Source: an uncultured Planctomycetaceae bacterium
GTDB lineage: Bacteria > Planctomycetota > UBA1135 > GCA-002686595
DNA: 18,134 nucleotides
Reading direction: 5' to 3'
NCBI GenBank assembly: GCA_964402175.1
Contig: CAYOBN010000009.1
Span: forward strand, 74,065-92,198
Below are positions 7,306 to 15,241 of this stretch, piece after piece. Position numbers and translations under genes: made by a program. Position 1 is the first letter of the stretch. Every line of letters begins with the position of its first letter. A model generated the notes under the pieces. The model made no database searches and had not been told where the DNA came from. It saw only the letters and a list, made by a program, of their open reading frames with translations.

Positions 7306-8478
7306 TCACCCTCGCCGCTGCGGTTTCTGCGCCCAAACCGCCTCATCCGCCCCCGTCACGTCGCGCTTCCTGAAGCCGAACACATGCAACGCGGCCACCA
7401 CTCCCCTCCCGAGTCGCCGCCTCGTCCTGCAGACCTTGTACCCAACCCCACCGTGCTCGGTTCGCACCGCCCGAATCCCCGGGAGCGCCAGCAACACCAC
7501 TTCGAGCCTCAGTCTCCGCACCCACCGGGACACCGTCAACCAAGTCGTCGACACCGGCCGGCAAAGGAAATACCCCTCCGCGCCCAACCCCTGATACAGC
7601 GGCATCAGCATGTACCCATCCAAAGGCGCCTGCATGAGCTCGCCGTTCTGCAGCGCCAAGCTCTGGTCGCGCCGCACGCGCATGAAGTTGCGCCAGCCCG
7701 GCTCCATCACGTAGGTGTCCCCCGCTTGCACCGGGTGGACGTACGAGAGGTCCATCACCCGCGGCAAGCCCTCGCTCACGCGGCCGAGGTGCGCGCGGGC
7801 CTCCACGACCTCGGGCCGATTTGCGTCGACCGCGCGCGCGCGCGCGAGCAACACCCAGAGCCCAGCGAGGCAAGTCCTGGTCGTCGTCGGGTCCGTGTGC
7901 TGCCCGCCCTCCAGCACCACCGCCGTGAACCCCTGATCGGCCATCCAGGTCAGCAGGGGCCCTGAGAGGCGCTCTTCGAGCCCGAGCACGACCGGCAGCG
8001 GCAGCGCCCGCGCCAGCAAGCGGCTGGGCACCGAGTCCGCGACCACCGTGAACCCCGCGCCACCGGCCGAAGTCGAGTGCAGGTCGATCAACACGACCTC
8101 GCGCGCGGGCTGCGCCGCCAGCTCGGCTTCGATCGCCGCGTGCAGCGCGCGCAGCTCGGCCTGGTCCGGAGAATCGTCCTCCTCCGGCCGCGTCCCGAGG
8201 GCCGCCACCTCCTCCGCGGTCCAGAGCCGATTCAAGTCCTGGCCCTGGTGACGCACCCCCCGCACGAGCGCGGCGCGGTTGCCGAGCAATCCGACCACCC
8301 GCCCTGCGACGTCATCGTCGCCCAACGCGGCCAACAGCCGCTCGAGCGCCTCGACGCCGCGCGGCTCGTTGCCGTGTTGGCCCGCGACGACGATCACGAG
8401 CGGCCCGCGCCGGCCCGAGTCGCGCACGCCGAGGACCCGCGGCGCGAGGGCGGCATCGTTCGTAGAGGTGCGCTGCAT
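7306..8478 (-). CDS. Succinylglutamate desuccinylase / aspartoacylase (AstE/AspA) family zinc-dependent deacylase. Substrate unknown.
   Basis: N-terminal zinc-binding motif VIVVAGQHGNEPRGVEA (GxHGNE), a second His in VVLIDLHSTSAGG, and overall length and layout fit the AstE_AspA family. ATG at 8476-8478 (MQRTSTNDAALAPRVLG...). The stop of the upstream ligase gene is 33 bp away on the same strand, so the two are probably an operon. The C-terminal ~60 aa are less certain. Confidence 0.7.
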   Translation of the reverse strand: MQRTSTNDAALAPRVLGVRDSGRRGPLVIVVAGQHGNEPRGVEALERLLAALGDDDVAGRVVGLLGNRAALVRGVRHQGQDLNRLWTAEEVAALGTRPEEDDSPDQAELRALHAAIEAELAAQPAREVVLIDLHSTSAGGAGFTVVADSVPSRLLARALPLPVVLGLEERLSGPLLTWMADQGFTAVVLEGGQHTDPTTTRTCLAGLWVLLARARAVDANRPEVVEARAHLGRVSEGLPRVMDLSYVHPVQAGDTYVMEPGWRNFMRVRRDQSLALQNGELMQAPLDGYMLMPLYQGLGAEGYFLCRPVSTTWLTVSRWVRRLRLEVVLLALPGIRAVRTEHGGVGYKVCRTRRRLGRGVVAALHVFGFRKRDVTGADEAVWAQKPQRRG

Positions 8479-8511
8479 GGCGACGGCGCGCCCACCGGCG
8501 CGCCGGGTCCG

Positions 8512-10422
8512 TCATCTGCTCGTGCGCAGCGTCTCCTGCAACAGCTTCGCAGCCGCCTCGACGAAGTCGTGTTCCGTCACGATCCCCACGAGCCGGCCGC
8601 CGTCGACGACGGGCAGGCAGCCGATGCGGTGTTCGCGCATCGTCTCGATCGCGCCGAGGGTCGTGTGTCCCGGAGTGATCGTGATCGGGTTCGTGTACAT
8701 GACCTCGCGCACTGCGATCGGCTCGCTCTCGCCCTTCTGGCGCCGCGCGAGCACCCGCAGGAGCGCGCGCTGCGAGAGCAGACCGACGAGGTGCCCCGCG
8801 TCGTCTTCGACCGGGACATACCGGATGTGCTCCCAGTCCATCAACGACGCTGCCAGGTCCACCACGTCCTCGGGGTGCACCGTGAAGACGTCGCGCGTCA
8901 TGATCTGGGACACGGTGCGGAAGCTGTGGCGCCAATCGCTGATCTCGTCGAGGTCCGCGAGGGCCCATGTGTGCACCGGCAGCCCCGCCGTCTGGCGCGC
9001 GTACATCGCCGAGGTCAGCGCGCGGTGCCGCTCGTCGAGCGTGCCGCGTTTGCCCATCTTGGCCAAGCTGTCGAGCGCCCACTGCGAGCCCGTGCGCCCG
9101 GTCGAAACCCGCTGCTCGAAGATGTCGAGGTAACGGTCGACGTCGCCGTGGTCCAGGCCGCGGTCCTTGAGACCCTGGCGCGCCGCGGGCAGGAGCGTCG
9201 AGAGGATGAGGTCGCGCGCCGTCGTCTCGCGGCCCTTGATCCAGCGGAACTGCGCCGAGAGGCCGTACCGCGCCGCAGCGAAGAAGTTCCCGCGCGCGTC
9301 GTCGAATTCCATGACCGAAGTGATGTCCTGGTACTCGTTCGACAGCGCGACCATGAGCCCGATGTAGAAGGCCGCGTTGGCCATCTGGTCCGGGATCGTC
9401 GGCCCCGCGGGCATGACGCGGTTCTCGATGCGCAGGTGCGGCTTGCCGTTGCTGATGCCGTAACACGGCCGGTTCCAGCGGTACACCGTGCCGTTGTGCA
9501 GCGACAGCGCCTTCAGCTTCGGGATCTCGCCGCGCTCGAGCACCTCGGTCGAGGGCTCGCCGAGGTTCGCGGACAGCAGCAAGCGGAAGCGCGCGACGTC
9601 CTCGCGCAGGAGCTCGAGCACCGACCCGCGCACCCAGCCGTCACCGAACGACACGCGCTGGCGCGTGCCGCGCTGCTGCTGCGTCTTGTTGCGGATGTCC
9701 AGCGTCTGCTGGAAGAGCGCCACGCGCGTCTCGTGCCACAGGCGGTGCTGCAGCAGCACCGGCGAGTTCACCGCCGCCGCCATCACCGGACCGGTGACGA
9801 CCTGCGCCAGGTTGTAGAGCTTCGCGAACTCGTCGTCGCCCACTTGGAAGTGGACCTGGAACGAGGTCGTGCACGCCTCGAGCATCACGTTCTCGTGCGT
9901 GACACGCAGCTCGTCGAGGCCCTTGATCAGGGTCTCGAAGTCCTCGCCGCGCAGGTCGCGCATGACCTTGTTCATGGCGTGGAAGCGCGGGCTCGCGACC
10001 ATGTTGTCGAGCGTCAGGTCCGACATATGCAGGGTCGGCAGGATCCCGCACATGAGCAACCGCGCTTGGTTCGCCTGCGCGACGACCCGTGCGCGCCGCA
10101 CGAGGTCCTGCAGCTCCTCCTCCATGACGGAGAGGCACTTCCCTTCGAGCACCTGCGGCGACAGGTTCGCCTCCAGGTTGAACCGGGCGAGTTCGGGGCT
10201 GTAGTTGCCCTCGAGCTGGCCGAGGATGACCTCGGACTTCGGCACCGCTTGCCAGCCGTCGTCGACGAGGAACAGCTCCTGCTCGGCGCCGATTCGGCGG
10301 ATCCCGCGCTCGATGACGCCGCGCTCGATCATCCGCTCGAGCGCGACGAGGTCATCGAGGACAGCCTTCATGAACGCACGGAGCTCCTTCGGCTCGGTGG
10401 CCTTGACGTCGTGCTCACCCAT
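8512..10422 (-). CDS. Glutamate-cysteine-ligase family 2 (GCS2, YbdK-like carboxylate-amine ligase) protein fused to a C-terminal pair of CBS domains.
   Basis: Translation from ATG 10420-10422: MGEHDVKATEPKELRAFMKAVLDDLVALERMIERG...IRRIGAEQELFLVDDGW... The acidic GAEQELFLVD segment corresponds to the conserved N-terminal motif of YbdK/GCS2 ligases. The last ~130 aa contain two CBS motifs (VSQIMTRDVFTVHPEDVVDLAASLMDWEHIRYVPVEDDAGHLVGLLSQRALL and VREVMYTNPITITPGHTTLGAIETMREHRIGCLPVVDGGRLVGIVTEHDF). The track's 1221-aa ORF (to 12177) is this gene plus an in-frame antisense read-through of the kinase gene. I truncated it at the Met where the ligase homology starts. Confidence 0.7.
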   Translation of the reverse strand: MGEHDVKATEPKELRAFMKAVLDDLVALERMIERGVIERGIRRIGAEQELFLVDDGWQAVPKSEVILGQLEGNYSPELARFNLEANLSPQVLEGKCLSVMEEELQDLVRRARVVAQANQARLLMCGILPTLHMSDLTLDNMVASPRFHAMNKVMRDLRGEDFETLIKGLDELRVTHENVMLEACTTSFQVHFQVGDDEFAKLYNLAQVVTGPVMAAAVNSPVLLQHRLWHETRVALFQQTLDIRNKTQQQRGTRQRVSFGDGWVRGSVLELLREDVARFRLLLSANLGEPSTEVLERGEIPKLKALSLHNGTVYRWNRPCYGISNGKPHLRIENRVMPAGPTIPDQMANAAFYIGLMVALSNEYQDITSVMEFDDARGNFFAAARYGLSAQFRWIKGRETTARDLILSTLLPAARQGLKDRGLDHGDVDRYLDIFEQRVSTGRTGSQWALDSLAKMGKRGTLDERHRALTSAMYARQTAGLPVHTWALADLDEISDWRHSFRTVSQIMTRDVFTVHPEDVVDLAASLMDWEHIRYVPVEDDAGHLVGLLSQRALLRVLARRQKGESEPIAVREVMYTNPITITPGHTTLGAIETMREHRIGCLPVVDGGRLVGIVTEHDFVEAAAKLLQETLRTSR

Positions 10423-10602
10423 GGGGGGTAACGGTTCTCTGTCGAGCTCTGGGGGCTCGGGCGCGCGGGGCGCGGGGCAGTGGGTCGACGGGTCCGGGTA
10501 CCGACCTCGGGACCGCGGAAGACGTCGGCACGCCCGAGGCGCTCGGGCGTTCGGGCGCATTGTAGAGCACAAGCGGCGTCCGGTCTGCACAATGCGAGGC
10601 CC
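10423..10602. promoter_or_regulatory. Divergent promoter/operator region between the GCS2-CBS/deacylase operon (minus) and the PAS kinase/response-regulator operon (plus). It contains a 7-bp inverted repeat gcattgt..N25..acaatgc at ~10557-10595, just upstream of the kinase start.
   Basis: 180-bp non-coding gap between divergent start codons. The inverted repeat is read directly from the sequence. I could not identify -35/-10 or sigma-54 elements with any confidence. Confidence 0.3.
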
Positions 10603-12186
10603 ATGGCCCTCCCCTCCGCACCTCCCCCCCCGCCGAGCGGTGCACCCCGCCCCCCCGGCGGCCGGGGCGGCTCGCCGAGCGGCGCCGGCGAGCGCCTCCT
10701 CGACGCGCTGCTCGCCGGCCTCGTCGACGCGGTGGTGGTGATCGATCCCACCGGCACCGTCGTGCGCGCCAGCGCCTCGGTGGAGACCGTCTTCGGCTGG
10801 CACCCAGCGGACCTCGAAGGCCGCAATGTGTCCGTCCTGATCCCGGAGCCGCACCGCAGCAACCACGACGACTACCTGAGCCGGTACATGACCACCGGGC
10901 GGACGTGGATCCTCGGGACGACCCGCGAGTTCGACGTCGTGCGCAAGGACGGCTCGCTCGTCCCGTGCGAGCTGTGTGTGTCCAGGATCGACCTGGAGCC
11001 GGCGCGCGGCAGCCTCCCCGCCCGGCCGCTCTTCTGCGGGACGTTCCGCGACATCTCCGACCGGCGCCAGGCCCACGCCGCCCTCGCGCGCAGCGAAGCC
11101 CGCTTCCGGGCGGTGTTCGAGCACGAGAACCAGTTCGTGCTGCTGCTCGACCAGCAAGGGCGCATCGCCGACGTGAACCTGACCGCGCTGGAGCGCACCG
11201 GGCGCGCGCGGGAGGCCGTGCTCGGCCGGCAGCTCACCGACCTGCCGATCTTCGCCAGCAGCGGCGACGGCGCGCCGGCAGACGTCTTGCACCGCACCCT
11301 CCACCGCGCCCAGGAGGTCGGCGTCGCGACGGCGCGTATCGGGGTGCTCGTCCGGCGCGACGAGCGCGACGACGCCTTCGTCGAGGTCCCGCACGAGCTC
11401 TCTGTGCGGATCGTGCCGACGGACCTCGCAGGGGTGCCCCACACGATCGTCGAGATCCGCGACGTGTCGGCACTCGTCAGCGCCGAGCGGCGCGAGTCGT
11501 CGGTCATGCGCTCGCTCGCCCGTGTCGGTGAAGAGGCGGCGGTCCTCGCGCACGAGCTGCGCAGCCCCGTCAGCGCGCTCGAGCTGGCGCTCAAGGCCGT
11601 CGCGCGCAACCTCGGGGCCGATGAGCGGCTCCTGCTCGACGATCTGCGCGGGCGGATGCGGCGGCTCGAGGACCTCCTCCGGCGCACGCTGAGCTTCTCG
11701 CGCCCGCTGGACCTCGACCTCGCACCCGTCGTCGTCTCCGACGCGTTCGGCGCGGCGCTCGAGCGCGAGTCCGCGGCGCTCGCGCGGGCGCACCTGCGGC
11801 CCGTCATCCACATCGCGCCCGACACGCCGCCGTTGCTCGCCGATGTGCGGGCGCTCGACGACCTGCTCGCGAACCTCGTCCGCAACGCGTGCGAGGCGCA
11901 GCCCCAGGGCGGTCGTTTGCGGCTCACCGGTGCCCCCGAAGCGCAGGGCCGCCGCGTGCGGGTCACCCTCGAAGATGGCGGTCCGGGCATCCCGCTCGCC
12001 GAGCGCGAAGAGGTCTTCCGCCCGTTCCGCACGACCAAACCCGACGGCACCGGCCTCGGGCTCGCCCTCGCGCGGAAGATCGTGGAAGAACACGGCGCGA
12101 CGATCACCCTCGGCGACGCCGAGGGCGGTGGTCTCCGTATCCTGCTCGACTGGCCTGCCGCCACCGACCGCCCACACACACGATGA
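10603..12186 (+). CDS. Cytoplasmic sensor histidine kinase with two PAS domains, a HisKA dimerisation/phosphoacceptor domain and a HATPase_c domain.
   Basis: ATG at 10603 (MALPSAPPPPPSGAPRPPGG...) with a GAGG 5 nt upstream. There are PAS-like segments (LDALLAGLVDAVVVIDPTGTVVRASASVETVFGWHPADLEGRNVSVLIP... and RFRAVFEHENQFVLLLDQQGRIADVNLTALERTGRAREAVLGRQLTDL...), an H-box HELRSPVSALE, and an ATP-lid/G-box TKPDGTGLGLALARKIVEEHGATI. No TM helices. The track's upstream extension to 10480 is Arg-rich and unlikely to be coding. The stop TGA 12184-12186 overlaps the next gene's ATG (ATGA). Confidence 0.8.
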   Translation: MALPSAPPPPPSGAPRPPGGRGGSPSGAGERLLDALLAGLVDAVVVIDPTGTVVRASASVETVFGWHPADLEGRNVSVLIPEPHRSNHDDYLSRYMTTGRTWILGTTREFDVVRKDGSLVPCELCVSRIDLEPARGSLPARPLFCGTFRDISDRRQAHAALARSEARFRAVFEHENQFVLLLDQQGRIADVNLTALERTGRAREAVLGRQLTDLPIFASSGDGAPADVLHRTLHRAQEVGVATARIGVLVRRDERDDAFVEVPHELSVRIVPTDLAGVPHTIVEIRDVSALVSAERRESSVMRSLARVGEEAAVLAHELRSPVSALELALKAVARNLGADERLLLDDLRGRMRRLEDLLRRTLSFSRPLDLDLAPVVVSDAFGAALERESAALARAHLRPVIHIAPDTPPLLADVRALDDLLANLVRNACEAQPQGGRLRLTGAPEAQGRRVRVTLEDGGPGIPLAEREEVFRPFRTTKPDGTGLGLALARKIVEEHGATITLGDAEGGGLRILLDWPAATDRPHTR

Positions 12187-12854
12187 ACGCCCACCGCCCC
12201 ATCCGCGTCTACGTGATCGACGACCAGGCGATCCTGCGCGCCGCGCTGCGGCGCCTGCTCGCCGACGAGTGCGGCTTCGACGTCGTCGGCGACAACGGTG
12301 ACGCGCGCGCCGCGGTGCAAGAGCTCGAGCGGCTGCGGCCCGATGTCGTGACCCTCGACCTGACGATGCCTGCGCTGTCGGGGGTCGATGCGCTGCCGCG
12401 CCTGGCGAAGGCCTCGCCGAACAGCCGCTTCCTCGTGCTGACGAACCACGAATCGGGGCGCTTCCTCGAGGAGTCGCTGAAAGCCGGGGCCTCGGGTTAC
12501 CTCACGAAGGACTCGGAGCCCGAGGAGCTGCGCGTCGCGGTCGAGTCGGTCTTCGCCGGGCGCAACTACGTGACGCCGCGTGTCGCCGGCGCGCTCGTCG
12601 AGCGCCTGCGCGGCGGCCCGGCCGAAGAGGGCGAGACACCGGCGGTCGGTCGCCTCGCGGCGCTGACCGCGCGCGAGCGTGAGGTGTTCCAGCTCCTCGC
12701 GCTGGGCAAGTCGAACAAAGAGGTCGCGCACGCGCTGGGCGTGAGCCTCGGGACCGCCAAGAAACACCGCGAGAACCTGCAGCGCAAGCTGGACGCACAC
12801 AGCCCCGCTGAGCTCGCGCGCATCGCGATCCAAGAGGGCTTGCTCTCCGGCTGA
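12183..12854 (+). CDS. NarL/FixJ (LuxR-type HTH) family response regulator.
   Basis: MNAHRPIRVYVIDDQAILRAALRRLL...DLTMPALSG is the receiver domain with the Asp pocket. The C-terminal LTAREREVFQLLALGKSNKEVAHALGVSLGTAKKHRENLQRKL is the LuxR/GerE HTH. The start ATG 12183-12185 overlaps the kinase stop codon, indicating translational coupling. Confidence 0.85.
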   Translation: MNAHRPIRVYVIDDQAILRAALRRLLADECGFDVVGDNGDARAAVQELERLRPDVVTLDLTMPALSGVDALPRLAKASPNSRFLVLTNHESGRFLEESLKAGASGYLTKDSEPEELRVAVESVFAGRNYVTPRVAGALVERLRGGPAEEGETPAVGRLAALTAREREVFQLLALGKSNKEVAHALGVSLGTAKKHRENLQRKLDAHSPAELARIAIQEGLLSG

Positions 12855-12857
12855 ACC

Positions 12858-13613
12858 TCAGCCTCGAGCAGGCCACGCGGCGAGCACACGGTTCATCGGT
12901 GTGATCGCCGCGGAGATCGCGTCCCAACGCACGGTGTAGCCCGCTCGGTCGAGGCGGTAGGTGCGATCGACGTCGAAGGCCGTGTCCCCGCCGAGCGCGC
13001 GCGCGACCGCCGGCGGCGCAGGCGATCGCCCGTGTGGCCGACAGCACGGCAGCACCGCGACGGGCCCACGCAGCGAGAGCGCGACCTCCAACACCTCGTC
13101 GGTCAAGGTCCCGCACGCGTGCACCGCGACGAGCGCGGACCCTTGTGGCAGCTCCGCCGCGCGGTCTGCGAAGAGGCCGTCACACGCGCGCAGTTTCTGG
13201 GCGGCGAGCGGCGCGACCTCGCCGACTGCGGTGAGCACTTCAGCGCGGCTCTCCGGCACCCGCCTGTCGATCCAACGCACTTCGTCGACGCTGGGCTCGA
13301 ACAGCGCATAGAGCGCCCCCACCAGCCCGTGGCTGGCCGCGACGTCTGCCACCACGGGACCGCGCACGCGCCGTCGGACACGGCCGAAGAACTCGCAGGC
13401 CTCCAGCCACTCCTTCACGCGCACCGCTTTGCGCGCCGCGAGCGCGCGCCCGAACCGCTCGAGGAGCCCCTCGCCCTTGAAATGGCGCAGACAATGCGGA
13501 TCGAGGGTGCCCGTGTTGCCGACGAACGCACGCAGCCCAGCGGGATCGAGCCGCAACGTGCGCAGCCGGAGCTCTCCGGGAACGAGCGCGGCGACGCGGC
13601 TGGGATCCTGCAC
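12858..13613 (-). CDS. SAM-dependent methyltransferase-like protein (Methyltransf_32-like).
   Basis: Putative motif I VVADVAASHGLVGALYAL (DxGxGxG-like) and a conserved-looking HACGTLTD motif, which recalls Pfam Methyltransf_32 proteins (from memory). GTG start at 13611-13613 is the only start available within the ORF. Stop TGA (minus) at 12858-12860, 3 bp after the response-regulator stop (convergent). The start is only 25 bp from the divergent kdsB start, so one of the two start calls may be wrong. Confidence 0.45.
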   Translation of the reverse strand: MQDPSRVAALVPGELRLRTLRLDPAGLRAFVGNTGTLDPHCLRHFKGEGLLERFGRALAARKAVRVKEWLEACEFFGRVRRRVRGPVVADVAASHGLVGALYALFEPSVDEVRWIDRRVPESRAEVLTAVGEVAPLAAQKLRACDGLFADRAAELPQGSALVAVHACGTLTDEVLEVALSLRGPVAVLPCCRPHGRSPAPPAVARALGGDTAFDVDRTYRLDRAGYTVRWDAISAAITPMNRVLAAWPARG

Positions 13614-13638
13614 GGGAGCAGTGTACGTTCTCTATGGC

Positions 13639-14430
13639 ATGCGTACCGTCATCGTCATCCCGTCCCGCTTCGGCTCGACGCGCTTTCCTGGTAAGCCCCT
13701 GGCCCCGGTGGCGGGGCGCTCGTTGCTCGAGCGGGTCTGGCGCATCGCTCGAGCGGTGCAGGGGGTCGAGCGGGTCCTCGTCGCCACCGACGATGCGCGC
13801 ATCGCGGCGCACGCGGAGAGTTTCGGAGCCGAGGCCGTGTCGACGCCGGAGTCCTGCCGCAATGGCACCGAGCGCGCCGAGGCGGCGCTCGCGGCGCTCG
13901 ACTTCGTGCCGGACGCCGTCGTGAACCTGCAAGGGGACGCGGTCCTGACTCCGCCGTGGGTCGTGCAAGCGGTCGTCGACGCCTTGGCGCAAGAGACATC
14001 GGGCGGACGGCGCGCGGACGTCGTGACCCCCGCGACGGTGCTGGACGAAGGCGCCGTCGCGCGGCTCGCCGCGTCGAAAGCTGGCGGCGAGGTCGGTGGC
14101 ACGACGGTGACGGTCGGGCTCGACGGCTTCGCGCTGTACTTCTCCAAGGCGATCATCCCGTTCCGCCGCGATCCGAGCCGCGCGCCCGTGCGCAAACACA
14201 TCGGGCTCTACGGCTTCCGCCGCGAAGCGCTCGCGCGCCTCGTCGCGCTGCCGCCGACGCCGCTCGAGCTCGCGGAGGGCCTCGAGCAACTGCGTGCGCT
14301 CGAACATGGCCTCGGTGTGCGCGTCGTCGAGGTCGACCTCCGCGGGCGCTCGACCCTCGCGATCGACGCGCCGGCGGACGTCGCGCGGGTCGAAGCTGCG
14401 ATCCGCGCCGAAGGGGAGCTCGTCGAGTAG
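13639..14430 (+). CDS. kdsB: 3-deoxy-manno-octulosonate cytidylyltransferase (CMP-Kdo synthetase).
   Basis: N-terminus MRTVIVIPSRFGSTRFPGKPLAPVAGRSLLERVW... is the classic KdsB signature (IPAR(Y/F)xSTRxPGKPL). Length ~263 aa is typical. ATG at 13639 is preferred over the upstream in-frame GTG at 13621. Stop TAG at 14428-14430. Confidence 0.85.
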   Translation: MRTVIVIPSRFGSTRFPGKPLAPVAGRSLLERVWRIARAVQGVERVLVATDDARIAAHAESFGAEAVSTPESCRNGTERAEAALAALDFVPDAVVNLQGDAVLTPPWVVQAVVDALAQETSGGRRADVVTPATVLDEGAVARLAASKAGGEVGGTTVTVGLDGFALYFSKAIIPFRRDPSRAPVRKHIGLYGFRREALARLVALPPTPLELAEGLEQLRALEHGLGVRVVEVDLRGRSTLAIDAPADVARVEAAIRAEGELVE

Positions 14431-14498
14431 ACTCTGCGAATGAACGCACGGGCACAGCGCGTGCGCCCGCGCCAACAGAACGGAAGCTGAGTTTGCCG

Positions 14499-15203
14499 AT
14501 GGCCGGATCGAGTGGAACCCTGGAGCTCGTCGTCGTCCGACATGGCAATACGTTCGGACCTGGCGACCGCGTGACGTGGGTCGGGCGACACGAAGACGTG
14601 CCGCTCGTCGCGAAGGGCATCGCGCAGGCGACGGCGCTCGGCGAGGCGCTCGCGCGCGAAGGGTGGCGACCCGAGCGTGTCCTCGCGAGCCGACTCGCGC
14701 GCACGCGCGGCCATGCCGAGCGCGCGCTCTTCGTCGCGGGTTGGTCGGACCTCCCCGTCGAAGTCGATCCGCGTCTGGACGAGCTCGATTACGGGCCCTG
14801 GGGCGGGCTCACGACCGAGGAGATCGAGGCGCGCGGCGACGGCGCGGCGCTCGCAGCCTGGTCCGAGCACATGCGCTGGCCCGCGGCGTTCGGCGAGCGC
14901 GAGGCCGATGCGCGGGCGCGGGTCCAGGGGCTCGCAGAGGAGCTCGCGGCCGAGGCAGCCGCGGGGCCGCACGTCGGGGCCCGTCGGCAGCCGCGGCGGG
15001 TGCTGCTGGTGTCCAGCAATGGGGTCCTGCGCTATCTGCTGGCCCTCGACGCACGGGCGTTCGAGGCGCGGCGCGCGGGGCAGGGTTTCAAGCTCGGCAC
15101 GGGCCGCGCAGGACGGCTCGTGTACAGCGCTGGCGCTTGGACCGTGCTCGACTGGGATGTGTCCCCCGAGGCGCTCGCGCTCCCGCCGAGCTCCGCGGTG
15201 TGA
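14499..15203 (+). CDS. Histidine phosphatase superfamily (phosphoglycerate-mutase-like) protein.
   Basis: MAGSSGTLELVVVRHGNTFGPGDRVTWVGRHEDVPLVAKGIAQA... carries the RHG catalytic-His motif of branch-1 histidine phosphatases within the first 15 residues, and the length is ~234 aa. It lies 68 bp downstream of kdsB on the same strand. The track ORF begins at 13956, but that extension is antisense or out of frame relative to kdsB and Arg-rich. Confidence 0.6.
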   Translation: MAGSSGTLELVVVRHGNTFGPGDRVTWVGRHEDVPLVAKGIAQATALGEALAREGWRPERVLASRLARTRGHAERALFVAGWSDLPVEVDPRLDELDYGPWGGLTTEEIEARGDGAALAAWSEHMRWPAAFGEREADARARVQGLAEELAAEAAAGPHVGARRQPRRVLLVSSNGVLRYLLALDARAFEARRAGQGFKLGTGRAGRLVYSAGAWTVLDWDVSPEALALPPSSAV

Positions 15204-15241
15204 CCGCGCCCGAATCCGGCTCGAACTGCTAACGTGGAGGC

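Noticed and set aside
6638-7373. ORFs 6638..7336 (-), 6898..7107 (+), 6968..7183 (+), 7053..7373 (+), 7083..7346 (-) across the repeat island
   Set aside because: Their 'proteins' are dominated by repeat-derived strings (WYVGNWYVGTRFVGTRYVGTRY; duplicated MSRLCLLARSSKCTWYRLIRRFGNA in two ORFs) and simply mirror the tandem DNA repeats. There is no coding signature and the local GC is atypical.
8077-10431. 784-aa + strand ORF antisense to the GCS2-CBS gene. Also 10872..12833 (-), 13240..14475 (-), 14208..15308 (-), 16370..17458 (-), 4310..5371 (-), 801..1511 (-) and similar
   Set aside because: All are Arg/Ala/Pro/Gly-rich mirror-frame ORFs opposite clearly homologous genes. They are expected artefacts of high GC, with no recognisable domains.
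10480-10602. Upstream extension of the histidine kinase ORF (track start 10480)
   Set aside because: The translation (MGRRVRVPTSGPRKTSARPRRSGVRAHCRAQAASG...) is Arg-rich and lies in the divergent promoter region. ATG 10603, with a GAGG 5 nt upstream, is a more credible start.
8512-12177. 1221-aa minus-strand ORF in the track
   Set aside because: Only the C-terminal 636 aa (8512-10422) look like a real protein (GCS2 ligase + CBS). The N-terminal 585 aa are an in-frame antisense read of the PAS histidine-kinase gene and are Arg/Gly/Pro-rich low complexity, which is typical of stop-poor frames in ~70% GC DNA.
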